From Oculina patagonica (taxonomy: Eukaryota), in the NCBI RefSeq assembly GCF_052425735.1, contig NC_135763.1, forward strand, positions 8,556,001 to 8,620,000: a stretch of DNA of 64,000 bases, in the 5' to 3' direction. The notes below the pieces were generated by a model. The model did no database searches and was not told the origin of the DNA. It saw only the letters and a program-made list of their open reading frames with translations. Below are positions 26,501 to 38,784 of the stretch, in pieces; position 1 is the stretch's first letter, and each line of letters starts with the position of its first letter. The translations under genes were made by a program, and so were the position numbers.

Positions 26501-28063
26501 AAGTGATTCTTCCGAGCCCTTCCATGACATCCGATGGACTGCCGCATTATAAGGAGGAGGGAGCGGGGTACGACTATTGCTTGATGTATTTGAACCGAAA
26601 TTTACTCTGTTATAGCCGTGTGTTGTTGCCAACTGAGCAATAAGTTCTAGTGACTCCTCCATAGGCCTGTTAGCAGTCAATCTCATGGCCTCTGTCGCCG
26701 ACTCCTGAAATAAGAATCACACAGCACTGTTATATTTACGTTATGTGGAATAAAGAAATGAAATCAACCCAGGAAAATAAGAACGGAAAACATGTGTTAT
26801 ATGGCATAACGCGGGTTTCAATCAACAGCTCAACATCCAAGATTTTTCGGGATTTCAAAAATGTCCCGTAATTTGATATTCAATCATCAATTTTTTTTGG
26901 CAGCTATTTAAAGCTGAAGCATAAATTATGAGTCTTCAGATAATGAAACCTCAAGGCTGAATGCCTTGTTTTAGATGTTCTCTTTAAATTCCAACGATGC
27001 TGCTTTTACATCCGAAAAGATTAGAACGTTTCGCTTGGGAACGCACGATCTCCATTTCTCACGTGCATTCGGCTCGTGAGTCAAAGGAATGCATGCGCGC
27101 AACGATAGCTATTCAAAGCTCATTCAATGCAAAAAATAAAAGCCAGAAATCGCAAAGAATCTGTTGGAGCCAGGCCTTTGACCCGTGTTTCCGGGCAAAG
27201 TACATTCATACTCTGAAGCAAAGTCGCCATTTGGCACAAAGTTGAAATGCTTGAGATAATGAAAGGCAGCGGATGTTGTAATATAACACGAAATCTACTG
27301 CACCGGCGACAAAAAACACGGGCAAACGGGCGGAAAATCGCGTTCTTTTTCCCTGTCGAGAAGCTCATTTATCAACCCTTCAAAATATGGAAAAGGCGTC
27401 CCAAAAATACATCTGTTGCATATTGAACGATGGCAGGAAAATCGACGTAATGAGAAACAATAGGAACCCCTCTTGTGTATTCTATGCAGAGGTAAATATA
27501 CGAGATACGGCATGAATTTATCGCTGTAAACTCGCGGATGAAAACCGAACTTAGTAAACATGTTGCAGCGATGCCATCGTACATATGCAACAGTGAAATG
27601 CAACATCAAAGAATGTAGGCAACTAGCGAGCTTTTGCAATAAACGCGTGTTAAATACAACGTTCAGTTTTACATACCTCGTCCAACCCCATAGCCTTGAG
27701 TTGACTCAAAAAGTGTTTGTTGATGGACTCTCCGCTCTCCGAACAAGAGGAATAGCCGGACTCTGTGGTCTCGAAAGGTTTTAAACTGCTCCTGATCTCA
27801 GCCAAAGCTCTCGCAGTACTTATCCGGCGATTTGGATTTTGTCCCATGGATCTAGATGCGTTTGATTGCGACGCCGTTTCTGCAACGGTCGCCACATTCG
27901 ACCCTGAAGTGGCCGATTGTTGTGAAATTCTAGTTGCTTCTTGTCTTTGCTCAGGTTGCCTACTCAGATGCCTCAAACTTTGCTTTATATCTCGAAGCAT
28001 AAGCTGACTATTGCCAACATACGCTATTCGCCTAGCGGCCGGTTCTCCTTCCCGTTCCGCCAT
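23555..28063 (-). CDS. LATS: LATS/Warts serine/threonine kinase (Hippo pathway), ~1055 aa; exons 28063-27677, 26704-24380, 24010-23555
   Basis: Contains a UBA domain (QLKAMGLDE|ESATEAMRLTANR), PPxY motifs (PPPY, PPAY), the NTR/MOB-binding region and a kinase domain (GTGAFG, HRDIKPDN, DFG). Also the activation loop AHSLVGTPNYIAPE, the hydrophobic motif HAFYEFTFRRFF and C-terminal PVYV. Both introns are phase 0. An alternative in-frame ATG lies at 28090. Confidence 0.96.
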
Positions 28064-28811
28064 TTTAGTTGAAGTTTGTGTATGTTTCATCAATGTTTTC
28101 TTTGTGATCGCAGATTTGCGATGCGATGAATTCAAGTCGACCGACAATCAACCACTGTGTGGATGGCCTTATCTCGGCAGATCCCAAAATAAAGTCTTGC
28201 AAGAACCCGACCCTTCAGCGATGAAATTATCTCCGTTGATAACTCGCCAGCTCGAGATTCTCAAATTCCATTGTCGAATAAGTAAGAATACAGTTTCACG
28301 CTGTCCACTTCGCTACTGGAATATCGCTGTTCAATCGTAATTCGTAGTCCCAGACGCTCGCTTGTCTGTGAAGGCTAAGCGAAAATAAAATATCACCTCA
28401 ATGAAGCTTGGGCCGCGTTGAAACTACTCTGTTGAAGTTGAGACGTCTTGCTCACGCAATTGGATATTTGACATTCCACACATCAAAGATATCACCTCAC
28501 TCACAAGTTATTACGACCAAAAATACACTTCCGATCCGCGGTGGCAGAATGCGGAGAATCTCTAGCTATATTTTTCCTCCAAGTTGAATCCCTGCGTTTC
28601 TCGCCGGTCGTGCACGATTTCCAAAACCTACGAGAAATGGAGAAATAGTTGAAAGTCCGTGATAAAGGACAGACAGATTAGCTTGACAAAATTTATTGTT
28701 TGCCGTGCGAAAGAATTAGAAAATGACATAGTCCACCCCCTTAGACATAAAATTAACTTAATTGACACATAGCGATCGTGCCTGTCTGAATCGTTGTATG
28801 ATTGGTTGACG

Positions 28812-28825
28812 GTTGCTATGGCAAC
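28812..28825. promoter_or_regulatory. Near-consensus RFX X-box 5' of the LATS coding region
   Basis: GTTGCTATGGCAAC. Confidence 0.5.
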
Positions 28826-31800
28826 CTGACGAGGTCAACAGACACCATTGAGGTTAATAAATATCAGTGTCGCCTGGTAAATTATATGATGCGGTTTAAT
28901 TTGAAGTATTTTTTTCTGTATTTTCAGCGAATCAATTTGAACGCGTGTACGCGCTTGTTTCTCCTAATTCCATATTACTTCTTTGTTTGTTCACGTTTTG
29001 TGAATAAATCAATTTCCCCAGAGGATGCGATCCTCAAGAGAAAATGCTAGACAAAACCGCGAATATGCAATTTTGAAGAGCGCTATATACCACGACATTC
29101 CAATATAATGAATAACATCACAAATTTATTCACGAAATGTTGCTTGAATGCCTTTCGGAAGTGAACCACAAAACGGCTCTCAAAAGTGGCCCTTCTCATT
29201 TAACAACGATCCAAAACTTCTTTGAACTATAAATCAACATTTTAAACTGAACTGATTGCTTTTTTAAGCCAATTTTCCGAGAGCAATAGGAAGTCTATAT
29301 TCTCGGAGAACCATGTCTGGCAAATCACGAGAGCTTTCCGCATTGCTTTGAGTGAGTCGACATTTCCGGAAACGTACAAGTTTTTGTGGTCGTTTCGCTT
29401 CCGGCTAAGTGCTAGGGGAACTGAGGGATAAACTGGTTAAAAAACCTGTCTCGGACAAAGTTGAAGCTATTAAATGTTATGGACTAACATAGCGTGTTAC
29501 AGAAAGATAAGGTTAACTGACTTGTTTTTTTTAGTTGGCCAAAATTGACGCGTTTTAACAAAACGAATGTGTTCGCGCCATAATGCCACACATGAAGATC
29601 AAAAGAAACTGACGATGTTCCCCAGTCACGCGAGGCAAAACCAAAAACCACGTGTGGACAATTGAACAAAATAATTGTAAATTATGTGAATCTCTTTCTT
29701 ACAAACTTTCGTTTTCTCGGAAGTCTCATTCACTAAAACAACCGTAAAAAACCGTCAAGAGACAAATTTGGAAAAGATCAGTCTGTTTACCCCTTCGCGA
29801 GATTGCAAGTGCACCGCGGGCGCTCATCTCATGCCGAATATAGCTGTCTCTTTTTTAATTCTCGCGTAAAAAGGCAACAAACAGTTTCGGCTTAGAATAT
29901 AAAAAAAGAGAAACGATTGATAATCAAATCAAGGTGGATAGTTTTTACCTGAGCTGGTTAAGAAGATTTTCTCCCGGCGTGCGGCTGATCCAATTTTCGG
30001 CTAAGCTCGAGTACTGCTATGAATGCAGTGAAGTGTTTTTAAAACGGTTATTCACGCATCATGTAATCTTGCGAAAACCTGCGGTTGCTTGTATATACGC
30101 AAAACGTCCATATAAAGTAGAGGTCTCGTTGTCAGGAAGTTGGTATTGTCGTCGTGAAGGCAGGGAGCGTATTCTTATGATCGCATGTGACAATGAACTC
30201 GCGTAGGCGATCCGTCCGATGAATTCACAACACTTCGCTACGCGTATACAACATCGACAAGGCTGTTTTGAATTGTTTTGAAAGGGAATTAGACTCTATT
30301 GACGTCAAAGACTGTAGTAAAAAACACATAGGAGTACCGTTTAACTATGTGATAACATCGCTAAACAAATCATTGTGGATTTATGTTGATTTAGGTGTTT
30401 TCAGGGCGTTGCATATTGACGTCACACTCGAGGGCGCGAGACAAGTGAACAATACACGCTACAAAGAGGGCACAAAAACAAAATATATGCTTGCTCAGAT
30501 CAGATGATCTGCTTGATTGGATTAAAGTCAAAAATTCTGCGAGTTATTTACGTTAAAGCTGTGACGGAGTGCAAGAACGCGCCCCTTCTTTCAAACGCGC
30601 ATGGATCAGAATGAACAATTCCAAAAAAGAAATGTTTAAATTCGAACCCTTTTACGGCTGTTTTCGAGACATACTGAAATCTAGCCAAGTGATATTTACA
30701 TAATAAAAGGCAAGATCTTGTCTGTTTTGTATACGATTTCAGTAACAATAACGCATCAAGTGTGATTACTGACCCGAGCGAAAAAAGAGGCATTAAACAT
30801 ATCAGAAAAGAAAACATTAGAATGGCTATTTTTGGCGATTATTCCTGATAACAATCGACTTGATTGACAGGCGCAGGTAAGGTTGATTGTTACCTCTTCA
30901 GCTTTGTCCAAAGCTCGATACTTTTTAATTTTTGTTTCCTTTTTTAGCTTTAGAATCTGGTAATACATTAAGTCAATAGCTCCTAGTTGTTAATTGTAAG
31001 CAAACCGTTTAATTTTATCCCATTAATTTTCATAAGCTTGGACATTCAATGTCTGTATATCAATGAAAGCACCGTTTTGAGTAGAAAGTTCTAGGCTTTC
31101 GAATTTTTATCTATCTTATTGGCGTGTCTAAATATATCCATTGCAATCAGATCAAGGCTTGAAAGAATTTTATATATAGAAGGGTTTCGGTAATTTCAAA
31201 TCTAACTGGGAGCCGGTTTAAGTCACGTGAAAGTGGGGGCACTCGCGCGCCGTGAGAACAAAGTCTATTTATAGAAGTTGTTCCGCAGCATGCTGATTTG
31301 ACTGAGGGAGGGAAGGCCTATTTAGGCAACAAACCATAACGCCCATTCATTAAGTGGCCGCAGAGTAAAAATAGGTCATAACAAACGGCGGTTGCTCCAG
31401 GTTGTGATATCTAACAGCTACTTACGTACTTAAAGCGTCAGGGACGATTTCGTCAAATAATTAAGCTGTGCATTTACATGTGCAGCCCTGTTTAAAGAGT
31501 CGAAACGCCCTGTCTGTTATTTCGCAACCTTCTCTTTTTGTAAAACAAAATTGTTATGAAGAAAAAGGAAACATTTTCCATGTTTATGTGGAGTTGTTTG
31601 TAGAAACACAAGTCGTATTGTATAAAACACTCGCCAACGTCTCGAGTTCTGCAGTTGCATCGACTTCTATCTAATTTAATACTTTCATAACTGTTTCTAC
31701 AAGAAAAACGGGCATTTTTTCCTTTAGAAAATTAATAACTCATAGGAAACTTTTCCGTTTTAAGGATTAACTCGGCTTTCAGCTAAAGCGAGCTATTCAG

Positions 31801-32519
31801 TCTCGGCTATTTTCTCAGTTCTTTAGTGCACTGGCCAACAGGCGGATATCCGATCACTAGGCAGTTGTAAACCCCCTCAAAACCACTTAACCACATGTAC
31901 GCTACGTACGAGGTTGTATGGTTCGGTCAGAGCTTATTTTAGGAATGACTAGCTGGCTGGCCGGAAGTCCAATCCAGTTAGCTAAAAAAAAATTCTCGCA
32001 GTCTGGCAACTAGTTGACTTATAGCATGGCTGGGTGAGAGACAGCTCAAATAACTTTGTTTCTTTGATATGACAGGTCTCTACAAAGATATTCCAAAATC
32101 AGTAAACTTGGCTGATGGAATTCTTCATTGCTGTCAGATTCACATAACAGACAACTCCCCCGGCAAATGAGAGAACGGCTTTTTGTTTTTTTGTTTTTTT
32201 TTTCTCGTAACCACTGTAAAATTTTAATTACGTGTATATGAAGTCAAGCATCATAGTGAAATAGCCAGTTTCTAATTAAAATGATATTAAAATAAGCGTT
32301 TTGAACGATTCTCTTGGATGACCTTCAAGAGAACGGGCAAATGGTTTAATCTTATTTCTCAGTTACATCAAACAATGATCCATGACCGCGCAAAACGAAT
32401 AATAATCGATCAACCCGAATCTGTAAACTGCGAGATAATCAAACCGGCGACTTCAGATGACATAATTTCCGTTTTAGATTTTTCTGATGTTTATAATAGT
32501 TTTGAGATTTTTTTTTTTA

Positions 32520-32960
32520 GGGGGGGGGGGGGTCCTTCGACATCATCTGGGGTAGGGAGGTGCGGCCCGGCCTCCTAAACCCCGATCCTGTTAGTAAGAC
32601 TCGAACCTCTGTTTTTCCTACCCTGTTTAAGACAGAATGTCAATTTTTGATACCCCGTCTAAGTCATAAACAAGTACCTCACTGGCTTTTTTGAATCGCG
32701 AAATAAGCTAAGTATCAATGCCGAAATCAACGTAAGTCAGCAATACGGAAAAATTTGTGGAAATTTGGCTTCTGGCTAAGTTTGTATAAATTTACACCTC
32801 AGCAGACATTTAAGCCTATCCTGTTTGACATTGGTCCATGTAAAGATACCCTGTTTAAGACAAAAAGGGGTGAAATATATACCCCGTTCAAGACAAAAAA
32901 GCCTGAAAACCACGTCCCCGTTAAGCCCTTATATTAAAGGGAGTACCCTTCCCCCCGGGG
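32520..32960. mobile_element. Poly-G/poly-C-ended non-autonomous DNA transposon
   Basis: Starts with a G-run and ends GGGAGTACCCTTCCCCCCGGG; internal ATACCCTGTTTAAGAC repeats; same architecture as 55926-56332. Confidence 0.6.
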
Positions 32961-35185
32961 GAAAATGTCCGGTTTATGATACTGAAAGATGTCTATTGTT
33001 ATCGCGGTCAGCTAAAGGCAAGTGTTTGAGGTAAATATAGATTTTTAAGGGTCTGCTAAGCCCAAAGTCTAAGAGTAATACAACGGAATGAATTTAAGGT
33101 GACGTGTTCATGACACCATAATTGCTTTAATGACCTGTTCACATGTCGTTAATAATCTTCAAGTATTCTTGTCATTCAAAATATTGGACGGACTTTCAGT
33201 TTATCAACCCAAGGGCAGGTTTTTAACAAAAGTCGAAGACGCGCTAGCACTCGACCGAAACCAATCCGCAAAGTGGTTCTATTTTTGGAGAAAGGAACGT
33301 TTTCAAAATAGCCTTAGGCATTTTTTCCCTTTAGAATTGAATGAACGCGACACTGCATTTCTGTCTGCGATTTTATCATGCTTTACTTATAACTTGAGAG
33401 CATATTGAGACATTTGTCATTCAAGATAAGCTGCCGAAAGCGGAAAAAATTCTTGAACTTTTGTTTCAGAATTCCACAGTCAGCACATAACAGTCCTACA
33501 AGTGCTACAGAAATGCGTCACGAGGTTGCGAAACATCAGCGCGGCTTTGGTTCGTAGAAACTGCTTCGTAGCGCCTCCGCAACTGTCTAATCCAACCAAG
33601 CTGTAATTTTTTTAAATCCTCTTTACCTAAATACAGAGCTATAGCGGTAAATTCAAGTACGCAGTCGATTGGAATGCAAGAACTGATCATCTCCAAAATT
33701 GACGAAGAACTAGATTCTCCAGAGAGGACGATAGAAAATATATGATATATAATAATGAGAAATTGATAATGATCTTGAGAATATAATAACAGGAATAATC
33801 GTTTCGAGATCTCGAGCATGTTACTTAGGTCAGCTGATTTAGATGGAAAATGGACAAGAAGCAAAGGTTCATTCGCCTTCTTTCTCGATATTTAGCTTTT
33901 AGAAACAAATTTAGCTCTGACTTTTAATTCTTAATTGTATTAAAGCAGCAATCATGCTTGAAGTGGAAATGCACCTGCTAACAGTTTTAACTGAGTATGC
34001 TAACCTTGTTTCAGTTTTCACAGGCTTGCCTGCCGTAATCAGATCATAAGCTTTCGTCCCAAAACTCGCAGCGATCGCTGTTGTAGGTGTTTAGCTCAGC
34101 TGTAAAACCGGTTGCTTTATTTTAAAACTGACGGATCTGTAACATAATCTGCATCAACTAAGTATCTATTACTGTACTTTTTGACCAGACGAAACAAATC
34201 CAGTCATAATCGGTATATATTCCGCTCTCTGTTGATTGACTGTCCGGTTTAATTTGATTTCTGTTCAAACCGGCTAGACGTGTATACAGACATAATTGCA
34301 GAAAAAAAGTGTTAACAGCAAATTATTGTTCAGATTAGAGCTATTTTTTCTTACCAGGTGTTAAAAGGTATGCTTTTAGATTATTTATGGCCCTAAAAAG
34401 GAAAAGTGAAAAATCAGGACCAGTTGTTCGAAAATTTGTAAATCGAAGTTTTAAAGAGATCAATTGAGGTTCATTGGAAATAAAAAGCGAAAAAAAAAAA
34501 GCCCCTGTGATCAAATGCCTGTCTTGTAAATTAAAACAGAAGATAACGGGATAGCTTGGTATGTTCTGTTTTGATGAGTGAGCCCAGTTTGGGATATCAA
34601 ACATTTGCAAGCTGATACCGAAAAAGTCAAAGTGGCTACGCAGAGAATGTAAATAAAATTACAAACAGGGTAGCCATTATAATGAAATGCCAATACGATA
34701 AAAACTTTTAGATGCGTCAAGGAGAAAACATAAATACTAGGTGCATTCAAACAATTTTCGTTCCAGTCAATGGAGATGTCCGTCATTCAGTTCTCAAGAA
34801 AGTTTGTGCTTGCCAAATACCTGTAGTTGATTAATCGTGAACTGCAGAAATAATTTGTAGTTATATTATTTATCCCATCAACAAAATGTTTCTGTGGCGA
34901 ATCTTGACGTCAATAACTATTCTTTGACATCAGCAAGGATAATCCAGGAATTGTAGTTATTGTATCTATGTGACAAATGAACTGCCATATACTTCAATCT
35001 ATGATATAGCCAATGAGAATGCAGGAAATCAACTACATTTCGCGCCTCCTGCTCGCAATATTTCCCGCGTTCAGCGAGTCAATCGTGCCATAGATCATGG
35101 TGCAGCACTCGAAAACTCTAAACTTAGCTGAACCAGACAAACTGGGATCTATTCTAGATCATAAGATATCTAACTGATCCTCCTT

Positions 35186-35467
35186 TCTTCTTGACCTAAG
35201 TCAGTTTAAATCTGCAGTTCATGCGATTATGCACGTGGAAGAAACGCGTGATTAACTGTCTGGGATGCCATGGATTATTTGAAGAAATAAAGAATTCTAT
35301 TAAAGAAAAACTGATAGATTTTACTTTCCTATCTTCTTGACCTAAGTCAGTTTAAATCTGCAGTTCATGCGATTATGCACGTGGAATAAACGTGTGATTA
35401 ACTGTCTGAGATGCCATGGATTATTTAAAGAAATAAAGAATTCTAAGAAAAACTGATAGATTTTACT
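35186..35467 (+). repeat. Two-copy tandem duplication, ~146-bp period
   Basis: TCTTCTTGACCTAAGTCAGTTTAAATCTGCAG...AACTGATAGATTTTACT starts at 35186 and 35332, with few differences. Confidence 0.9.
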
Positions 35468-35909
35468 TATGTCTATTGAAAGAGAAATAAACTCACTCAT
35501 TTTTAGGGAAGGGAAATTTAAGTGCAGTCAAACTTCAATTTCTATATGCAACCCATTTAGTCAGTTACGGTCACCGCGATGCAGTTCACTTTAAAATTAA
35601 TTCCGAAAACTCTACCACTTTGATGAATTAGTCGAATTATAGTACCACACACTTATGCGAATACTGTAAAGTGAAATCGTCACAGTGCAACCCCGTTAAG
35701 ACTTACGGGGATTAAATTAAACCCGGTTTTAAATTCGGCACTACAAAATACTTTTCAGACATGGGCGAAAGTACGGCATTTGAGCAGATGAAGCACTAGG
35801 ATTGTATATACTGTATATAGCAAACTATATTGTACAGTATTTTATGCGGTAGTTGTCCATAAAGAAAGATAAGCGACCTTCAGATGATCATTCTGGACAA
35901 ATGATTTAA

Positions 35910-36304
35910 TGCCATCCCAATAAAATGTTTCGTTTCCCATCGCCCGACCGACCCATTTTTTTCGAAATGTAAAAAAAAATCGAGATTCACTAGTTAAAGA
36001 GTCAAGTTCTTTAATTTACAAGCACACGATCTTGTTTTATTAACAACAATCATTTGGTATCTTGTGATGTCCTTGTCTTTAATTAACACCGATACTAGTT
36101 TTTTTTCGTGCCAAGGACATTAACCATTGTTCCAACATTCTCAGCGATATCAGCTGAAGCAAAATCTTTCGGTTCTGCATCTCCTCGCTTTTTAAATGAA
36201 CCCAGACCCCTCTAAGTGTTCATTCTTTTTTTTTTTCCCGACCAACCGACCCACCATCACAAGAGACGGGGCGATGGGAAACGAAACATTTTATTGGGAT
36301 GGCC
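35910..36304. mobile_element. MITE with ~35-bp TIRs
   Basis: GCCATCCCAATAAAATGTTTCGTTTCCCATCGCCC / GGGCGATGGGAAACGAAACATTTTATTGGGATGGC; TAA flanks. Confidence 0.85.
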
Positions 36305-38784
36305 TAACAATTTATAAAACTGGACCCGGCTAAGTCGAGTAACAAACACACACAGAAACGTGCCTATTGTAAGAGAATAGTAAACAAACAGTACCTTCGA
36401 GAATTTTGCACTGTTAAACAAATGTCCAAGTGAGTATGTATCCAATTATTGAAACGTCACATTGAATGCTCAACACCTGTATCAAGGAAGTATTTGATAT
36501 TAAACGTGAAAAACAGAGAAGTTCGTATTCAGTCGCGAAGCTATTGAAAAGCCTGTGTTTATTTGAAGATTAACAAAAGCTAATCATTCCTGTTATTACA
36601 AGTCACGTAAAAGGGATTGGACTTCTTATTGACCCTTGAACCGGCGTTTTCTTTGACATGCTCTGTCACGAAAACAGATTGCTCCTCTGTGAAAGTAAAA
36701 AGGCATTTTGAATGAGGAACATCACAATTTTACGTAACTGTTTTGTTAAGTATAATTTCTGTTTTTGTTTTACGATACTTCACACGAGGCAGAGCGAAAA
36801 ACAGCTCTCGAAAATGACTCAACAGTGATCAGAAGCGTTAGATTACACTTTAAATAAGTCGCATTCCAGTGCTTAAAAATAAATATTTGTGTCCGAAGTG
36901 TTATAAGGGGCTCACCGGGCGATAAGAGAAGCCGCAAATAACTGTATACTAGCTTATATTGTGTCGGATCAGACCTTGCATCTTTTCTGTTTGAGGGAAA
37001 ACACTTTGAAAAATTCTTGAAGTCTTTTGTCAGTATGGGGTCGGTGAAATTCTTGGAGAGTTTGGTAAAGTACCGCGTAGAACTGACCGTGCAAGAATTC
37101 GCTCTTTCGTGCACTCATTCGTGCAAGATCCAAGTACGATATGTCTACAACGTGTTATCATGTCAATCATCGACACATTGTCATAGCTTTTATATATGGT
37201 TTACTGGCAGACGCACGTGCGCACCCAGTGTATGACTTGTAAAAACACTGGTGAAATAAAGTCACGTACCGAATGCCGAACTTGGGGGTGGGCACTCACT
37301 CCCTTAAGCCTGATAATTTTCTAGCAACACGAGCATTTTAAAGTGTACAACCCATAAAAACGTTAAAAAACAAGTCCAAGAACAGAATCAAAATGTTTTG
37401 ACCTTTGTATTCTGTTTTCTTGTACTGTTACCCTATATTTAAGTTTAGGAATAGATTTGTCTTGTTTTGTCTATTGATTGTGCTTTATTTTGCGGTCTTG
37501 TTTCCGCCTATATATGTCTTTACATTATTTGCAGTAACTAATCATTTCTTGCAAGGTTCCTTTAAAAACTAGCGTCATTTGACATATGTGAGCCTCTTAG
37601 GCCGGTTCTTTTCAGATATCACCTCCTTATCAATCTTCCTAGCTAGTGAAAACCAGGCTAGCATCGTATTTTTCCGAAATAGGGTTACGGGGTTGCGCTG
37701 ACCAGTCTGCTAGCTCTACAAAGAAGGAACTGTGACTTTATTATAGAGAAACGCATGCGGTTACTTGTCAAAGACACGTACACTAACTGCAGAAGGAACA
37801 CACCCACGTGTTTGTATAATAGAAGCTAATAGAGGGATCCGAATTGTGGAGGTTGAATTCTCCCCAATAACGAATGTCAAACAGGCAAACCGGAGAGGTT
37901 CGACTGTTTGTATGACCCTGGACATTCCTTCGATGTCCGCCATGTGAAGGAAGTTTGGCCGTATTTGACAAAGTTTTATGAGCAATGGAATGTCAACAAG
38001 AGGAAAATGAGTTCAGAAGCCATTACCTTCCCAAACTTCTTCGTTGCGCGTGAGCACTGCTATTTAGTCCGCGTTACTCCTATTCAGCGGAAAGTGGAAT
38101 GTTTTCTGACTGGTTGGGCCATATATAACTTTGAACAACACTTGTATTTTGCGCGGGCACGCAGATCAGTGGTATATATATTGAGAACAACAGAGTTGAA
38201 CTTGAACTTGGGCCACGATTGAAACAATTGTGGCTGGAAAAAATTACACTGTCTTCCGGTTTTTGAAGGAATCATTTTGAAACTGACAGAAAGATAAGTG
38301 GTTTCTAAAAACGAATGTTCCTGAATTGGGTAAGAAAACATGACTATTATTACCTTATTTTGAATGTGTGGGGTGTGTGTATGAATGGAGATTAAAGGAA
38401 CATTCCTGACACTGATTTAGCTCAAAACCGCCTGCTGTGACTGCAAGAAGAAAGGAGTTCCTTAAAATTTTCTGAACTTTAGTTTACCAACTCTGACAAG
38501 AGAGCCTTACTTGCTCTAACACTTATTGAAAGCAACAAGACTTTTGTGGTAAGATCAAGCTCAGGCAGAATTTATTTCAACGGCCGAAATTTGTTCAAAT
38601 CTCGCCATCGTTAGCCGGCGTTAGTCATCCTCACTTCCTGTCGTTTGTCAAGTACTGTTCTAGAAAACCACTAATTGTTATTTATCAGGCTGGGTACTCC
38701 TTAAAATTATTTAGGTATGCACTCTTTTTTAAAAGAACGTCAAGGGTAAGAAAGGCCAAAATTTTAAGAACATTTTAAGACTTA

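Noticed and set aside
24508-26552. Multiple + strand and alternate-frame ORFs over LATS exon 2
   Set aside because: Shadow ORFs of a long coding exon.
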